DNA of 64,000 bases. Origin: Eledone cirrhosa (Eukaryota). The translations under genes and the position numbers were made by a program. The notes under the pieces were generated by a model, which saw nothing but the letters and a program-made list of their open reading frames with translations, had not been told where the DNA came from and did not search any database. Of the stretch, positions 38,561 to 52,345 are shown piece by piece. The stretch is taken from positions 30,752,001 through 30,816,000 of the forward strand of contig OZ024752.1 in assembly GCA_964016885.1 (NCBI GenBank). Direction: 5' to 3'. Numbering within the stretch: position 1 is the stretch's first letter; each line of letters begins with the position of its first letter.

Positions 38561-39750
38561 TTGAACCTAATCCCCAGTATTTCACTTCCGTCAAATCCTA
38601 AAGTTGACTAGTTTACCATTTTCTGCTTTCACTACAAGTTCTTAAGTAAGAATATTAACAAAATATAGATTTCTAACAATGGTTTACATAAGGAAATCAA
38701 TACTTCACATAAATTATTATTTTTTTTATATATCTATTTAGTTATGAAGAACCAGGTATGAATGTCTCTTTGGTGTTTCTTTTTTTTCTTTTAAGATAAA
38801 ATGTCATGTGAAACCCAGCAATTATTGGCTTACAAACAATTTATTTTCAAATGATAACCATATTTTCCCACATAATTTTGGGAAAATACGGTTATCATAA
38901 ATCTTATTTCTGTTTGTTGTCTTGTCCTTCTTTGTTAATATTCTTAAGTATATATATATACTATGTGAGAATAATAATAATAATAATAATGTAAACCCTT
39001 GTGGTTAATAAAGAAATCATATATATATATAACTTGCAAACAATTTATTTTCATATGATAAACATATTTTCCCATCATTTTGAGAAAATATTTATATACA
39101 TACATAGGGGGTTAAATCCCTGTCAGGTTCTACACTAAATAACTCATAGTAAATTATTTTGTCCCACCCTTGCAAGCAGGGAAAAGCAGACGTAAAATGA
39201 GGATGATGATATATATATATATATATATAATTTGACATTCATTTTCCCTGATAGCAGGGCTTGGAGAGGTCATCACATTCCAAGTCAGAGGTTTTCATCA
39301 GAGCCACTGACCTCGTAGACAGGCCAGGAGCGCTCATTTAGCAGAGTGCATCAAGTGCAGTTTATTATGGCACCAACGATATGGAGGTTGTTGTGTGTTT
39401 GACATGGCCGAAGAGTCTTCCTGGCTCTTTGTTTGTTAAATTTTCTGTGGTTAGGTACCTTCCCTATCATCAACCACTTTACAGAGTGTGCTGGGTGTGT
39501 TTATTGGATCATCAACTCAATTGAAGAGTCCTCCTCTTAACCATTTTTTTTACATGGTTTCTACTGCTGGATGACCTTCTTATCACCAATCATCTCACAA
39601 GATATACTGGGTTTCCTATTTTTGTGGCACCAGTACTAAAAAGGTTGTCATATCATGATAGGTGGTTCCTCTTAATTCTTTTTGGCATTGTATCTATAAC
39701 TTGAAGCCCTTCCTAACACCAAGGTTGACCTATTGTTTTAAGGGCTCTGT

Positions 39751-40143
39751 TTAACCCTTTAGCATTAACATTACTCTATATATACTATTATAGTTTTGTG
39801 CTATAATATGAAATCTATAATAATATGAAATCTATATTTATTAAAAAAAAAAAAAATGAAATTATTGTGTTCAATGCTCAGGTGCACTACAACTCATCAA
39901 AGGTGCATGTATAGTACATAGAATAATGTACAAATGTCAGGAAAGTAACAGGGTATGAGTCATGATATACGTGTGTGCGTGTGTATGGAGGGGAAGCAAG
40001 GCATTCAGAGTATGATATTTTAGTATCATTTATTTTGAGAACAATACCTTAACATTAATACGAGTGATCGGATACAGCCAGTTTGAACAGAAATAGGTGA
40101 GAGAATTCTGGCCGGATATGGCCAGTTTAAATGCTAAAGGGTT
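39751..40143. mobile_element. piggyBac-like MITE
   Basis: ttaa-ccctttagcatt ... aatgctaaaggg termini; same family at 48007 and 58213. Confidence 0.8.
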
Positions 40144-40802
40144 CCTTCTTTTCAGCATTGTTTCTACAGCTTGAAGCCCTTCTGATCACCAAGGACGACT
40201 TCTTGTTTTAAGGGCTCTGTTTAAAGATAATGAGTTACTGAGTCAAACTAAGTAACGTATATCTTACAATATTTAGTTTTACCCTTCTAGATTCTGAGTT
40301 CAAATCTTACTGTGGGTTTGTCTTTTCATGTATTTTCCTCAAGCTAAGCTAGCAGCTCTGCACATGTGATAACCACACAGGTGCTCATTCAAAAAATTCT
40401 TTGACCTCATCTACAAAACTTGGACCTTGAGCTTAATCAATAGCAATCAATATATTAACAGTCTTAAGACAAGTGTAACCAATGAGAATGGTTAATGGTT
40501 TGTACCAATAAGTTACCAGAGTTGATTTTATTGATTATAACCTCATTTAAAGAAACAAAACCTAGCTCCAAGTAGCTTCTATGGGGCGGGGGTGGAGGGG
40601 TGGGGGAGAGGAGCTAAGATGGACGAGGAGCCATAAGATTATTATTATAAGTAACAGCGGCAGCAGTAGTAGTAGCAGCAGCAGCAGCAGTGATGTTGTG
40701 GAATTGATAAATATTTTGTTGATTTGTGGATTAAGTTCATTGGAGAAAGCCACTTATAGACCTACCATATATATATACTTGAATATGTCTAGGAGTATGT
40801 GA

Positions 40803-40833
<31 letters not shown>

Positions 40834-41085
40834 AAAAAAATCAATGGTAAATTGGGTTGGAGAGGTCTACATAGACAAAGTTAGTACTGGAGCAGGGCAA
40901 CTGACATCCCAGGCAGGCCACATAGGTCTATATGCCACTTATGTACGGACATCATCGAGTGCACAGGTGAAGTTGCTGTGTCTTTTGATACAAACTGATA
41001 GATCCTCCTAATGCTTTGTTTTGGTAAGCTTCCTACAGCTGCAAGCCATTCCTAACACCAAATATATATATATATATATATATAT

Positions 41086-41288
41086 ATAGGAGAAAGTATG
41101 ACCCCAACGGCAGAGCTCAAGCCGTTTTGAAGGCTATTTCTGGACTAAATAGTCAGAAATAGCCGTCGAAATGGCTTGAGCTCTGCTGTCGGGGTCATAC
41201 TTTCTCCTATTACCCACTCTACTACCCTAAGTATTGAGTACTCTGGTGCGTTATGGTCCATCTGGTTCCTTACCACAAATCCTCCATT
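41086..41288 (+). mobile_element. Fold-back H1 element with tail
   Basis: Inverted repeat 41086-41210; tail with gtattgagtactc; in (TA)n. Confidence 0.85.
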
Positions 41289-41389
41289 ATATATACATAT
41301 ACATATATATATATGTATATATATATACACACACACACACAAACACACACACATATATATACACACACACACAAACACACACACATATA

Positions 41390-41609
41390 TATCGTCAGTC
41401 GATCGACTTTCGTCAAATCAGACCAAGGAAACAATGTTTCCATTGGTCTTTCCAATTGCTAATACTATCTATCAGTCGCAACTCCAGGTAGAAGGATCAA
41501 CGTGAAATAAAGTGTCTTGCTCAAAGACATAACGCATCACCTGGTCCCAGAATCGAACTCACAACCTCATGATTGCGAATCCAATTCTCTAACCACTCGG
41601 CCACGTGCC

Positions 41610-41612
<3 letters not shown>
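41390..41612 (-). mobile_element. tRNA-derived SINE B
   Basis: Minus head ggcacgtggccgagtggttagag; B-box gagttcgattc. Confidence 0.75.
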
Positions 41613-41687
<75 letters not shown>

Positions 41688-41691
<4 letters not shown>

Positions 41692-41785
41692 GTCCCCAAA
41701 AATGTATACACAAAGGCTCTGCATTCTAATAAATATTGCCTGTACAAGTAATCAAAGGGTGCATACATTTTTTGTGGACACCCTG
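41688..41785. mobile_element. Tc1/mariner-like mini-MITE
   Basis: Same TIR family as 14077. Confidence 0.75.
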
Positions 41786-42273
41786 TGTATATATATGTGT
41801 GTGTTTGTGTGTGAAATCCTCTCATATATGTATATATGTATGTGTGTGTTTAGATGTTTTGGTGATGCATATCGGTGAAGGATGTAGACATCAGTGGAAA
41901 AAAAAACCCCAAAAACCCCAGAACCCTTTGAAGTCCTTTGTGCTGAGGTGTAAATACTCCTTTGTCATTCTCAGCAACAGAAATATATTGAACCATTGGT
42001 TGGGTGATTAAAAACCTGTAAACAACAGAAATATATCGAACCAATGATTGGGTGATTAAAAACCTGTAAACAATAATGGCATTGTTCACAAATGGTAATA
42101 TATAATCAAATCAAATAAAATATAAAAATCAACATTTGATACAAAGGTTATAGGATATTTCGACCCCTTACAAAAGAATGAAATATACATACATACACAT
42201 ATATATATACATACATTTATTTATCTTTCTCTCTCCCTCCCACCCTGCCTCTCTCTCTCTCTCTCTCGCTCTC

Positions 42274-42321
<48 letters not shown>

Positions 42322-42627
42322 TATATAAAACTGTTTAATGTGTTAGAAAAATAAATTCTAAAAATGGGTTTCATTGTTTTGTTAACAAACTGTGATATTT
42401 GCCTGAAACATTGCATCAAATGTATATTATAACATTATTATTATAGCATTATTAATATAGCTGGATGTGAATCAAAGCTGTAATTCCAGCTCACATCAAG
42501 TGAAACTTCTACTTACTTTCATTTAGGAAATACAAGATCAATATTCTGTGGTGGAAGTACAGTGGAAGTGAGTGGCTGGACCACTGCCTTAACTTTCCAT
42601 TTTTACGTGAAGAGTTATAGCATATGT

Positions 42628-43665
42628 TAGTACTAAAATAATGGTTTCTTATATAGGCACAAGGCCAGCAATTTTGGGGGAAGAGGGGAAAGTCGATTAA
42701 ATCAACCCCAGTGCGTGACTGGTACTTTATTTTATCGACCCCCGTAAGGATGAAAGGCAAAGTTAACCTCGGCGGGATTTGAACTCAGATCATAAAGAGC
42801 CATAACTCCATGCTGATTAGTACTAAAATAATTGTTTCTACTTTTGGCACAAGGCCAGCAATTACCCAATGCATTACTGGTACTTTATTTTATCGACCCC
42901 CGTAAGGATGAAAGGCAAAGTTAACCTCGGCGGGATTTGAACTCAGATCATAAAGAGCCATAACTCCATGCTGATTAGTACTAAAATAATTGTTTCTACT
43001 TTTGGCACAAGGCCAGCAATTACCCAATGCATTACTGGTACTTTATTTTATCGACCCCCGTAAGGATGAAAGGCAAAGTTAACCTCGGCGGGATTTGAAC
43101 TCAGATCATAAAGAGCCATAACTCCATGCTGATTAGTACTAAAATAATAATAATAATAATAATAATAATAGTTTCTACTTTAGGCACAAGGCCAGTAATT
43201 TGAAGGGGAAGAGAAAGTCGATTAAATCGATCCCAGTGCATTACTGGTGCTTTATTTCATCGACCCCGTCAGGATGAAAGGCAGAGCTATCCTCTGCAGG
43301 ATTTGAACTCAGATTGTAAAGAACCGTAACTCTATGCTGCTAAGCATATTGTCTGACACTCTACCGATTTTGAATGATAATAATAATAATGGTTTCTGAC
43401 ATAGGCACAAGGCCAGCAATTTTGGGGGAGGGGAAAGTCGACTAAATCTACCCCAGTACATTACTGGTGCTTTATTTTATTGATTCTGTAAGGATGAAAG
43501 GCAAAGGTAACCTCGGCGGGATTTGAACTCTATGGGCTGAAACTCTATGCCCTTACAGGGTCGATAAAATAAAGTACCAGTCATGCACTGGTGTCGATTT
43601 AATCGACTTTCGTCTCCCCCCAAAAATTGCTGGCCTTGTGCCTATATAAAAAAACCATTATTTTT
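42628..43665 (-). mobile_element. SINE A cluster: five minus-strand copies (three with 158-bp period) plus an inverted partial copy
   Basis: ctgattagtactaaaata at 42813, 42971, 43129; plus-strand piece at 43549-43665. Confidence 0.9.
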
Positions 43666-43796
43666 ATTGAGACTGAGTGGTATAAAGTAGCTCACCAACA
43701 CCCCCCAACTTCTGGCTCCCAACCATCTTGTCTCCCCTTCATACCATTACTATTGATACTGCAGTGATTTCTGTTCCTAGAAACAGGCTGGTCTCC

Positions 43797-45987
43797 TACC
43801 ACCTCCAGGCTTGTACTCCCTGACTCTCTTGCCACTTCTCCCATCAACTAACCAGTGTCCACTCTCTACTTTAGGTCCTACACTGACCACCTCTCCAGCC
43901 TTGTACTCCCTGACTCTCTTGCCACTTCTCCCATCAACTAACCAGTGTCCACTCTCTACTCTAGGTCCTACACTGACCACCTCCAGCCTTGTACTCCCTG
44001 ACTCTCTTGCCACTTCTCCCATCAACTAACCAGTGTCCACTCTCTACTCTAGGTCCTACACTGACCACCTCCAGCCTTGTACTCCCTGACTCTCTTGCCA
44101 CTTCTCCCATCAACTAACCAGTGTCCACTCTCTACTTTAGGTCCTACACTGACCACCTCTCCAGCCTTGTACTCCCTGACTCTCTTGCCACTTCTCCCAT
44201 CAACTAACCAGTGTCCACTCTCTACTTTAGGTCCTACACTGACCACCTCCAGCCTTGTACTCCCTGACTCTCTTGCCACTTCTCCCATCAACTAACCAGT
44301 GTCCACTCTCTACTCTAGGTCCTACACTGACCACCTCCAGCCTTGTACTCCCTGACTCTCTTGTCACTTCTCCCATCAACTAACCAGTGTCCACTCTCTA
44401 CTCTAGGTCCTACACTGACCACCTCCAGCCTTGTACTCCCAGACTCTCTTGTCACTTCTCCCATCAACTAACCAGTGTCCACTCTCTACTTTAGGTCCTA
44501 CACTGACCACCTCCAGCCTTGTACTCCCTGACTCTCTTGCCACTTCTCCCATCAACTAACAAGTGTCCACTCTCTACCCTAGGTCCTACACTGACCACCT
44601 CCAGCCTTGTACTCCCTGACTCTCTTGCCACTTCTCCCATCAACTAACCAGTGTCCATCCTAGGTCCTACACTGACCACCTCCAGCCTTGTACTCCCTGA
44701 CTCTCTTGCCACTTCTCCCATCAACTAACCAGTGTCCACTCTCTACTCTAGGTCCTACACTGACCACCTCCAGCCTTGTACTCCCTGACTCTCTTGCCAC
44801 TTCTCCCATCAACTAACCAGTGTCCACTCTCTACTCTAGGTCCTACACTGACCACCTCCAGCCTTGTACTCCCTGACTCTCTTGCCACTTCTCCCATCAA
44901 CTAACCAGTGTCCACTCTCTACTTTAGGTCCTACACTGACCACCTCCAGCCTTGTACTCCCTGACTCTCTTGCCACTTCTCCCATCAACTAACCAGTGTC
45001 CACTCTCTACTCTAGGTCCTACACTGACCACCTCCAGCCTTGTACTCCCTGACTCTCTTGCCACTTCTCCCATCAACTAACCAGTGTCCACTCTCTACTT
45101 TAGGTCCTACACTGACCACCTCCAGCCTTGTACTCGCTGACTCTCTTGCCACTTCTCCCATCAACTAACCAGTGTCCACTCTCTACTCTAGGTCCTACAC
45201 TGACCACCTCCAGCCTTATACTCCCTGACTCTCTTGCCACTTCTCCCATCAACTAACCAGTGTCCACTCTCTACTTTAGGTCCTACACTGACCACCTCCA
45301 GCCTTGTACTCCCTGACTCTCTTGCCACTTCTCCCATCAACTAACCAGTGTCCATCCTAGGTCCTACACTGACCACCTCCAGCCTTGTACTCCCTGACTC
45401 TCTTGTCACTTCTCCCATCAACTAACCAGTGTCCACTCTCTATTTTAGGTCCTACACTGACCACCTCCAGCCTTGTACTCCCTGACTCTCTTGTCACTTC
45501 TCCCATCAACTAACCAGTGTCCACTCTCTACTCTAGGTCCTACACTGACCACCTCCAGCCTTGTACTCCCAGACTCTCTTGTCACTTCTCCCATCAACTA
45601 ACCAGTGTCCACTCTCTACTTTAGGTCCTACACTGACCACCTCCAGCCTTGTACTCCCTGACTCTCTTGCCACTTCTCCCATCAACTAACCAGTGTCCAC
45701 TCTCTACTTTAGGTCCTTCACTGACCACCTCCAGCCTTGTATTCCCTGACTCTCTTGCAACTTCTCCCATCAACTAACCAGTGTCCACTCTCTACTTTAG
45801 GTCCTACACTGACCACCTCCAGCCTTGTACTCTCTGACTCTCTTGTCACTTCTCCCATCAACTAACCAGTGTCCACTCTCTACTTTAGGTCCTACACTGA
45901 CCACCTCCAGCCTTGTACTCCCTGACTCTCGTGCCACTTCTCCCATCAACTAACAAGTGTCCACTCTCTACTCTAGGTCCTACACTA
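43797..45987. repeat. 88-bp tandem repeat, ~25 copies
   Basis: Unit ccagccttgtactccctgactctcttgccacttctcccatcaactaaccagtgtccactctctactYtaggtcctacactgaccacct; 90-bp and shortened variants occur. Confidence 0.97.
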
Positions 45988-46018
45988 GTATTGGTCATCA
46001 GAAATTTCGTTCCTGTAC

Positions 46019-46059
<41 letters not shown>

Positions 46060-46095
46060 GTATAATAAACAATACAATATAATTACCTCATTACC

Positions 46096-46145
<50 letters not shown>

Positions 46146-46300
46146 AAATTGAAGTGAAAACCAACAGGTGTGTGTGTGTTTTTATTGGCAGCATGACCCT
46201 CCCAAAGTATAACAATATATATATATACATATATATATATATATCATCATCATCATCATCGTTTAACGTCCATCTTCCATGCTAGCATATATATATATAT

Positions 46301-46431
46301 AAATAAAATTAGTCCTTCATCAGTGATCTTCCAACCATCATTGGTATGTCATCGCTTTAAAGACCATATACCTCCAGTTGGTGCGAGCAACGGCTAAAAA
46401 AAGTTGTTGGGTCACGTAAATAAAGGGAACA

Positions 46432-46433
<2 letters not shown>
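46301..46433 (-). mobile_element. Diverged homolog of the 5683-5823 terminal repeat, in (TA)n
   Basis: Colinear alignment aataaaat.agtcc.tcatcagtgat...catata.ctc...ggtgc...aagtt. Confidence 0.7.
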
Positions 46434-46493
<60 letters not shown>

Positions 46494-47066
46494 GCACACA
46501 CACACATATATATATATATATAATCATCATCGTTTAGCGTCCATCTTCCACGCTAGCATGGGTTGGACGGGTTTGTCCCACTTGAGGCAAGATTGGTCAG
46601 GTGACCATGTCTCACTTGTACAGAACTGTTTCTGGCAGGTTTTCTATGGCTGGATGCCCTTCCTGACACCAACCACATTCACATATATCTATATATTTTT
46701 ACAATTATTCAAGAAAATTAACCCATCATAGCCACAACTATTTCCTTCAGACAAAACAAAACCACTGACAACAAATCTATTAACCTTTTTCATGAAATAT
46801 TTTATATTTTCTTATTATTTCCATGTGTAATGAAATTCCGTGTTCCAGATCAAACGAAACAAATAATAATAGAAGATATCAATATTTCATGAGATTTGGT
46901 CGAGAGAAAATGTCTCACAATATTAGGGATTTTCTCCTTCACCTATTTTTAATTCTTCCTTCATTCTCTTCGTTCTCGTTTTTTTTTTTTTTTGTTCTTT
47001 CTGTGTTTTTGTTAATCCATATTTGTCTTCTATAACTACAATGCAGACGTTTTTAGAAATTTCTTT

Positions 47067-47111
<45 letters not shown>

Positions 47112-47502
47112 AGCTTAGCTTTCATCATGACCAATTTACTACAAATTGGGAGAATGCCAAATGCTGCATACTTCATATTAATTCACCTGGTCTCTTGCTT
47201 CTTTTGTTTATTTGCTCCTCTCCGTCTGTAGGCATGTCTGTCTGTCTGTTTGATTATTTGTCTGTCAGTCTATCTGTCAGTCTGTCTCTCTTTGTCTCTC
47301 TCTATCTGCCAGTCTGTCTCTCTTTGTCTCTCTCTGTCTGCCTGTCTGTCAGTCTATCTCTCTCTGTCTCTCTCTGTCTGTTTATCTATCTCTGTCTCTC
47401 TCTGTCAGTCAATCTACGTCTGTCTGTCTCTCTGTTTATTTGTCAGTCTCTCTCTCTCTCTCAGTCTATCTCTATTTGCCTGTCTGTCAGTCTGTCTGTC
47501 TG

Positions 47503-47533
<31 letters not shown>

Positions 47534-47714
47534 GTCAGTCTATCTCTGTTTGCCTGCCTGTCTGCCAATCTATCTATGCCTGTCCCCCCCCTCCTCTCAG
47601 TCTATCTATATCTGCCTGTCTGTCCACCTGAATGTCTGTATCTCTTTCTCTGTGTGTGTGTATATGCAAATATATGTGTATGAGTGTGTATATGTGTGCT
47701 TGTGCACATAGGTA

Positions 47715-47795
<81 letters not shown>

Positions 47796-48006
47796 AGGTG
47801 TGTGCACATATGGAAACATTTCCAGTATGTTTATGTACAATAAACATTTATAAGTCTCATTGTGGGTATTTTAAGCCGTGATCATGTCACAGCTACCTCA
47901 GCTAACTTTTGTCTTTAGTCTTTGCTAAATTTATTTTTAGGCATTTTGATTCTGGGTTCTTCTGTCATGTCTTCAATTTTGCCTCTAAATCCTCTACTGA
48001 TTCAGT

Positions 48007-48384
48007 TTAACCCTTTAGCATTTACATTACTCTCTATATACTATTGTATTTTTGTAATGGCTTTACCTCACATGAATATCCCCAAATAGAAGCCAACCTC
48101 CCTCTACAATTGATTTTTTGGTCACATATTCCTCAGCTTATATTCGAGTATATACAGTATATCTTCTTTAATCCTTTAGCATTTAACATTACTCTATATT
48201 TACTATTGTATTTTCATGGTAAAGGCTTTATCTTACATAATAATCTATGAGATTTCGATATTATTTATTTTGAGAACAATACCTTAACATAAGTATGAGC
48301 AGCTTGTTACGGTCAGTTTGAACAGAAAGAGGTGAGAGAATTCTGGCCAGATACGGCCGGCCGGTTTAAATGCCAAAGTGTTAA
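48007..48384. mobile_element. piggyBac-like MITE
   Basis: ttaa-ccctttagcattt ... aaatgccaaagtg-ttaa. Confidence 0.8.
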
Positions 48385-48625
48385 GGACTAGGCCCTAGTC
48401 TTTAACACTTTAGTCACTAGGGTATCGACATACAGGAGTTCCCTTAGACAGCCAGTTTTAAATTCTTCTGTTATGACCTGTTAATGACACACACATATAC
48501 ACACATATACACACATATACACACATACACACATACATCATATATATACACTTATACACACACGTACATACACACACATACACAATTATACACATACACA
48601 TACACACACATATATATATATACAG

Positions 48626-49297
48626 TGCAGGGCAATAAAGATAGAAAAAGTGCAGGGCAATAAAGATAGACGGTAGCCACGGAACTCGAGAGAACGCTAC
48701 GTTGGTATGGTCACGTGATGCGCATGAAAGACGACAGCTGTATAAAAAAGTGCAGGGCAATAAAGATAGACGGTAGCCACGGAGTAGGCAGACCCAGAAA
48801 AACCTGGGACGACCTGATAAATTCCGACCTCACACACTTACACCTCTCCAAGACAGTGTCACTGGACGGAGACCTTTGGCGGTACTCAGTAATAGAGAAG
48901 ACCCGCCTTACCTAAATACAAAGTAAAACCTACTACAGTCAGTAGGCATCTCTAACAAAATACACCCCTGTCCTACCACCCCCTCCCCATCCACGCCGCC
49001 CCTTTCAAGGTAAATTATGTTGGTGCCACAACATCCAGGCCGAAACAAATGAGATCGTGTAGGTGTCACGACAAAAAAACACAGTCCACGCTGTAATGTG
49101 GCCGTGTAGGCAACACGGTAAAAACCTCCCAGCCCCACACTGTAAATGTGGTTGGTGTTAGGAAGGGCATCCAGCTGTAGAAAACCCGCCAGACAGTCCT
49201 ATGCGAGCAAGACAACCACTCTTGCCTCAAGTGGGAAAACTCCCGTCCAAACCCATGCAAGTGTGGAACACGGACAGTAAACGATGATGATGATGAT
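48626..49297 (+). mobile_element. RTE LINE 3' portion
   Basis: LRWYGHVMRMKDDSCIKKCRAIKIDG..GRPRKTW, 3' UTR and (TGA)n tail; an inverted copy of the UTR lies at 54453-54795. Confidence 0.9.
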
Positions 49298-49923
49298 ACA
49301 CTTATACACACATACACACACGCATACACACACACACATACACACATATATCATATATATACACTTATACACACACACGTACACATACACACACATATAT
49401 ACACACACATACACAATTATACACATACACGTACACACACATACACACATATATCATATATATACACTTATACATACACACGTACACATACTCACACATA
49501 CATACATACACACACACATACACAATTATACACATACACGTAGACACACATACACACATACACACTTATATACACACACACATACACATACACACACTAA
49601 TCTCTGTGGTTGCTTATTTGTGATTTTTACTTTCTCATTTCCCTTCTATACTTTGTTTTTCTTGTTTCACTATCTACCACACACATACACACACATACAT
49701 AGCCAAAACAGAGCCACTTACAGATACACACACACACATACACACTCACACATACATACACGCACTCACATACACACTGACACACACACTCACACATATA
49801 CACACACACATACATAGCTAAAATAGAGCCACTTACAGATACACACACATACATACACACACATACACACTCACACATACACATACATACAAGCACTCAC
49901 ACATACACACTGACACACACACT

Positions 49924-49955
<32 letters not shown>

Positions 49956-50241
49956 TACACCATAGCCACTTACACATACACACATACACACTCACACATA
50001 CACACATACACACTCATACATACACATACATACACACATACACACTCACACATACACATACAAACACATGCACACACACACATACACACACGCACACATA
50101 CACACACACGCACATATATACACTCACACATACACATATACACACACACATACACACACACGCATACATACACATGCATACACACACCCTCTTTCTAAAC
50201 TCTCTTTTTTTTCTTTGACAGTTGGCCTGTCTGACCGGCTG

Positions 50242-50276
<35 letters not shown>

Positions 50277-50603
50277 TCTATCTGTCTCTTTCTCTCTCTG
50301 TCTCTCTGCTGCCTCTCTCATTCTCTCTCTTTCTCTCTATATATTTTCTCTCTCTATCTTTTGCCTCTCTCTCTCTTTCTCTCTATATATCTCTCTCTCC
50401 CCCTGTCTGCTGCCTCTCTCTCTCTCCCTGTCTCCCTGTCTCTCTCTCCATCTCTCTCTCTCTCTCTCTCTCCATCTCTCTCTCTCTCCATCTCTCTCCC
50501 TCTCTCCATCTCTCTCCATCTCTTCATCTCTCTCCCTCTCTCCATCTCTCTCCATCTCTCTCTCTCTCTCTCCATCTCTCTCCCTGTCTATCTATTGCCT
50601 GTC

Positions 50604-50649
<46 letters not shown>

Positions 50650-50774
50650 CATCTCTCTCTCTCTCTCCATCTCTCTCTCTCTCTCCATCTCTCTCCCTGT
50701 CTATCTATTGCCTGTCTCTCTCCATCTCTCTCTCCATCTCTCTCTCTCTCTCCATCTCCATCTCCATCTCTCTC

Positions 50775-50806
<32 letters not shown>

Positions 50807-50911
50807 CCCCCTCTCTCTTTCCTCTCTGTACTATTTTAATCCTTCTTTGATCAAAAGGTAAGCCAATTTGTAGCTGCCACTGAACACACACCTCAAAGAT
50901 GTACACCCACA

Positions 50912-50961
<50 letters not shown>

Positions 50962-51755
50962 TAAATATATACATGAATGCATACATACATACATATATAC
51001 CTACACACTCACACACATACATATACACATGCACATATATATATACATATAAACCTACTCGCACATGCACATACTTATATACATATGCATGCACACATAC
51101 ATACACATATATACATATATACCTACACATACATGCATACATATACACATATACATACATGTACATATACACACACATATATATATACATACATACATAT
51201 ACACATATACATACATGCACACATACATACACATACATATACACATATACATACACATACATACACTCTGTCTCTTTCTCTCACATACACACACACTCGC
51301 ATGCACACTTACATATACATAAACACATGTACACATATATATATACATACACACACACACTCTGTTTCTCTCTCACATACACACACACTCGCATTCACAC
51401 GCATACTCACACACGATCACAAATACATTTACTTATATATATACACACATACATACACACTCTCTCACACACACACACAATCACATATACTTATATATAT
51501 ATATACACATACACACACACTGGTATTTACTGGTCTGTTTACCAAACCCAAATCATCATTGTTACTTGTGTTGTTCTTTATATTGCTATTTATATATTTT
51601 TAATGCTGAGATCATTTTATCTTTATTTGTTTACTGTTTTTTGTTAATATTTGTTTTTTTAGTTTTGTCATGTTAGCTGAGAGGGCACCTGAACATAATC
51701 TGGCCACTCCTCCTGCCCTTTATTAAGGACCTATATACCTTGTCCAACACACCTC

Positions 51756-52345
51756 ATGTCCCTTTATATCCAGCTCAACTTATCTTTAGTCCTCTAGGCT
51801 CAGTTCAGTTTATGTCCCTTTATACCTAGCTCAACTTATCTTTAGTCCTCTAGGCTCTGTTCAGCTTATGTCCCTTTATACCCAGCTCAACTTATCTTTA
51901 ATCCTCTAGGCTCTGTTCAGTTCATATCCCTTTATACCCAGGTCAATTCTATGTTTAGTCCTCTAGACTCAGTTCAGCTTATGTCCCTTTACACTCAGCT
52001 CAACTTATCTTTAGTCCTCTAGGCTTAGTTCAGCTTATGTCCCTTTATACCCAGCTCAACTTATCTTTAGTTCTTAGGCTCAGTTCAGCTTATGTCCCTT
52101 TATACCCAGCTCAATTTATCTTTAGTCCTCTAGGCTCTGTTCAGCTTATGTCCCTTTATACCCAGCTCAACTTATCTTTAATCCTCTAGGCTCTGTTCAG
52201 CTCATATCCCTTTATACCCAGGTCAATTCTATGTTTAGTCCTCTAGACTCAGTTCATCTTATGTCCCTCTAAACCCAGCTCAACTCTGTCTTTAGTCTCC
52301 TAGATTCGGTCCCTTTATACTCTGCTCAACTTATCTTTAGTCCTT
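51756..52345. repeat. 56-bp minisatellite, ~10 copies, with a 280-bp higher-order repeat
   Basis: Unit tgtccctttatacccagctcaacttatctttagtcctctaggctcagttcagctta; variant ggtcaattct at 51941 and 52221. Confidence 0.93.

Noticed and set aside
45990-46017. CTGATGA on the minus strand
   Set aside because: No stem II/GAAA downstream; resembles a transposon-end fragment.
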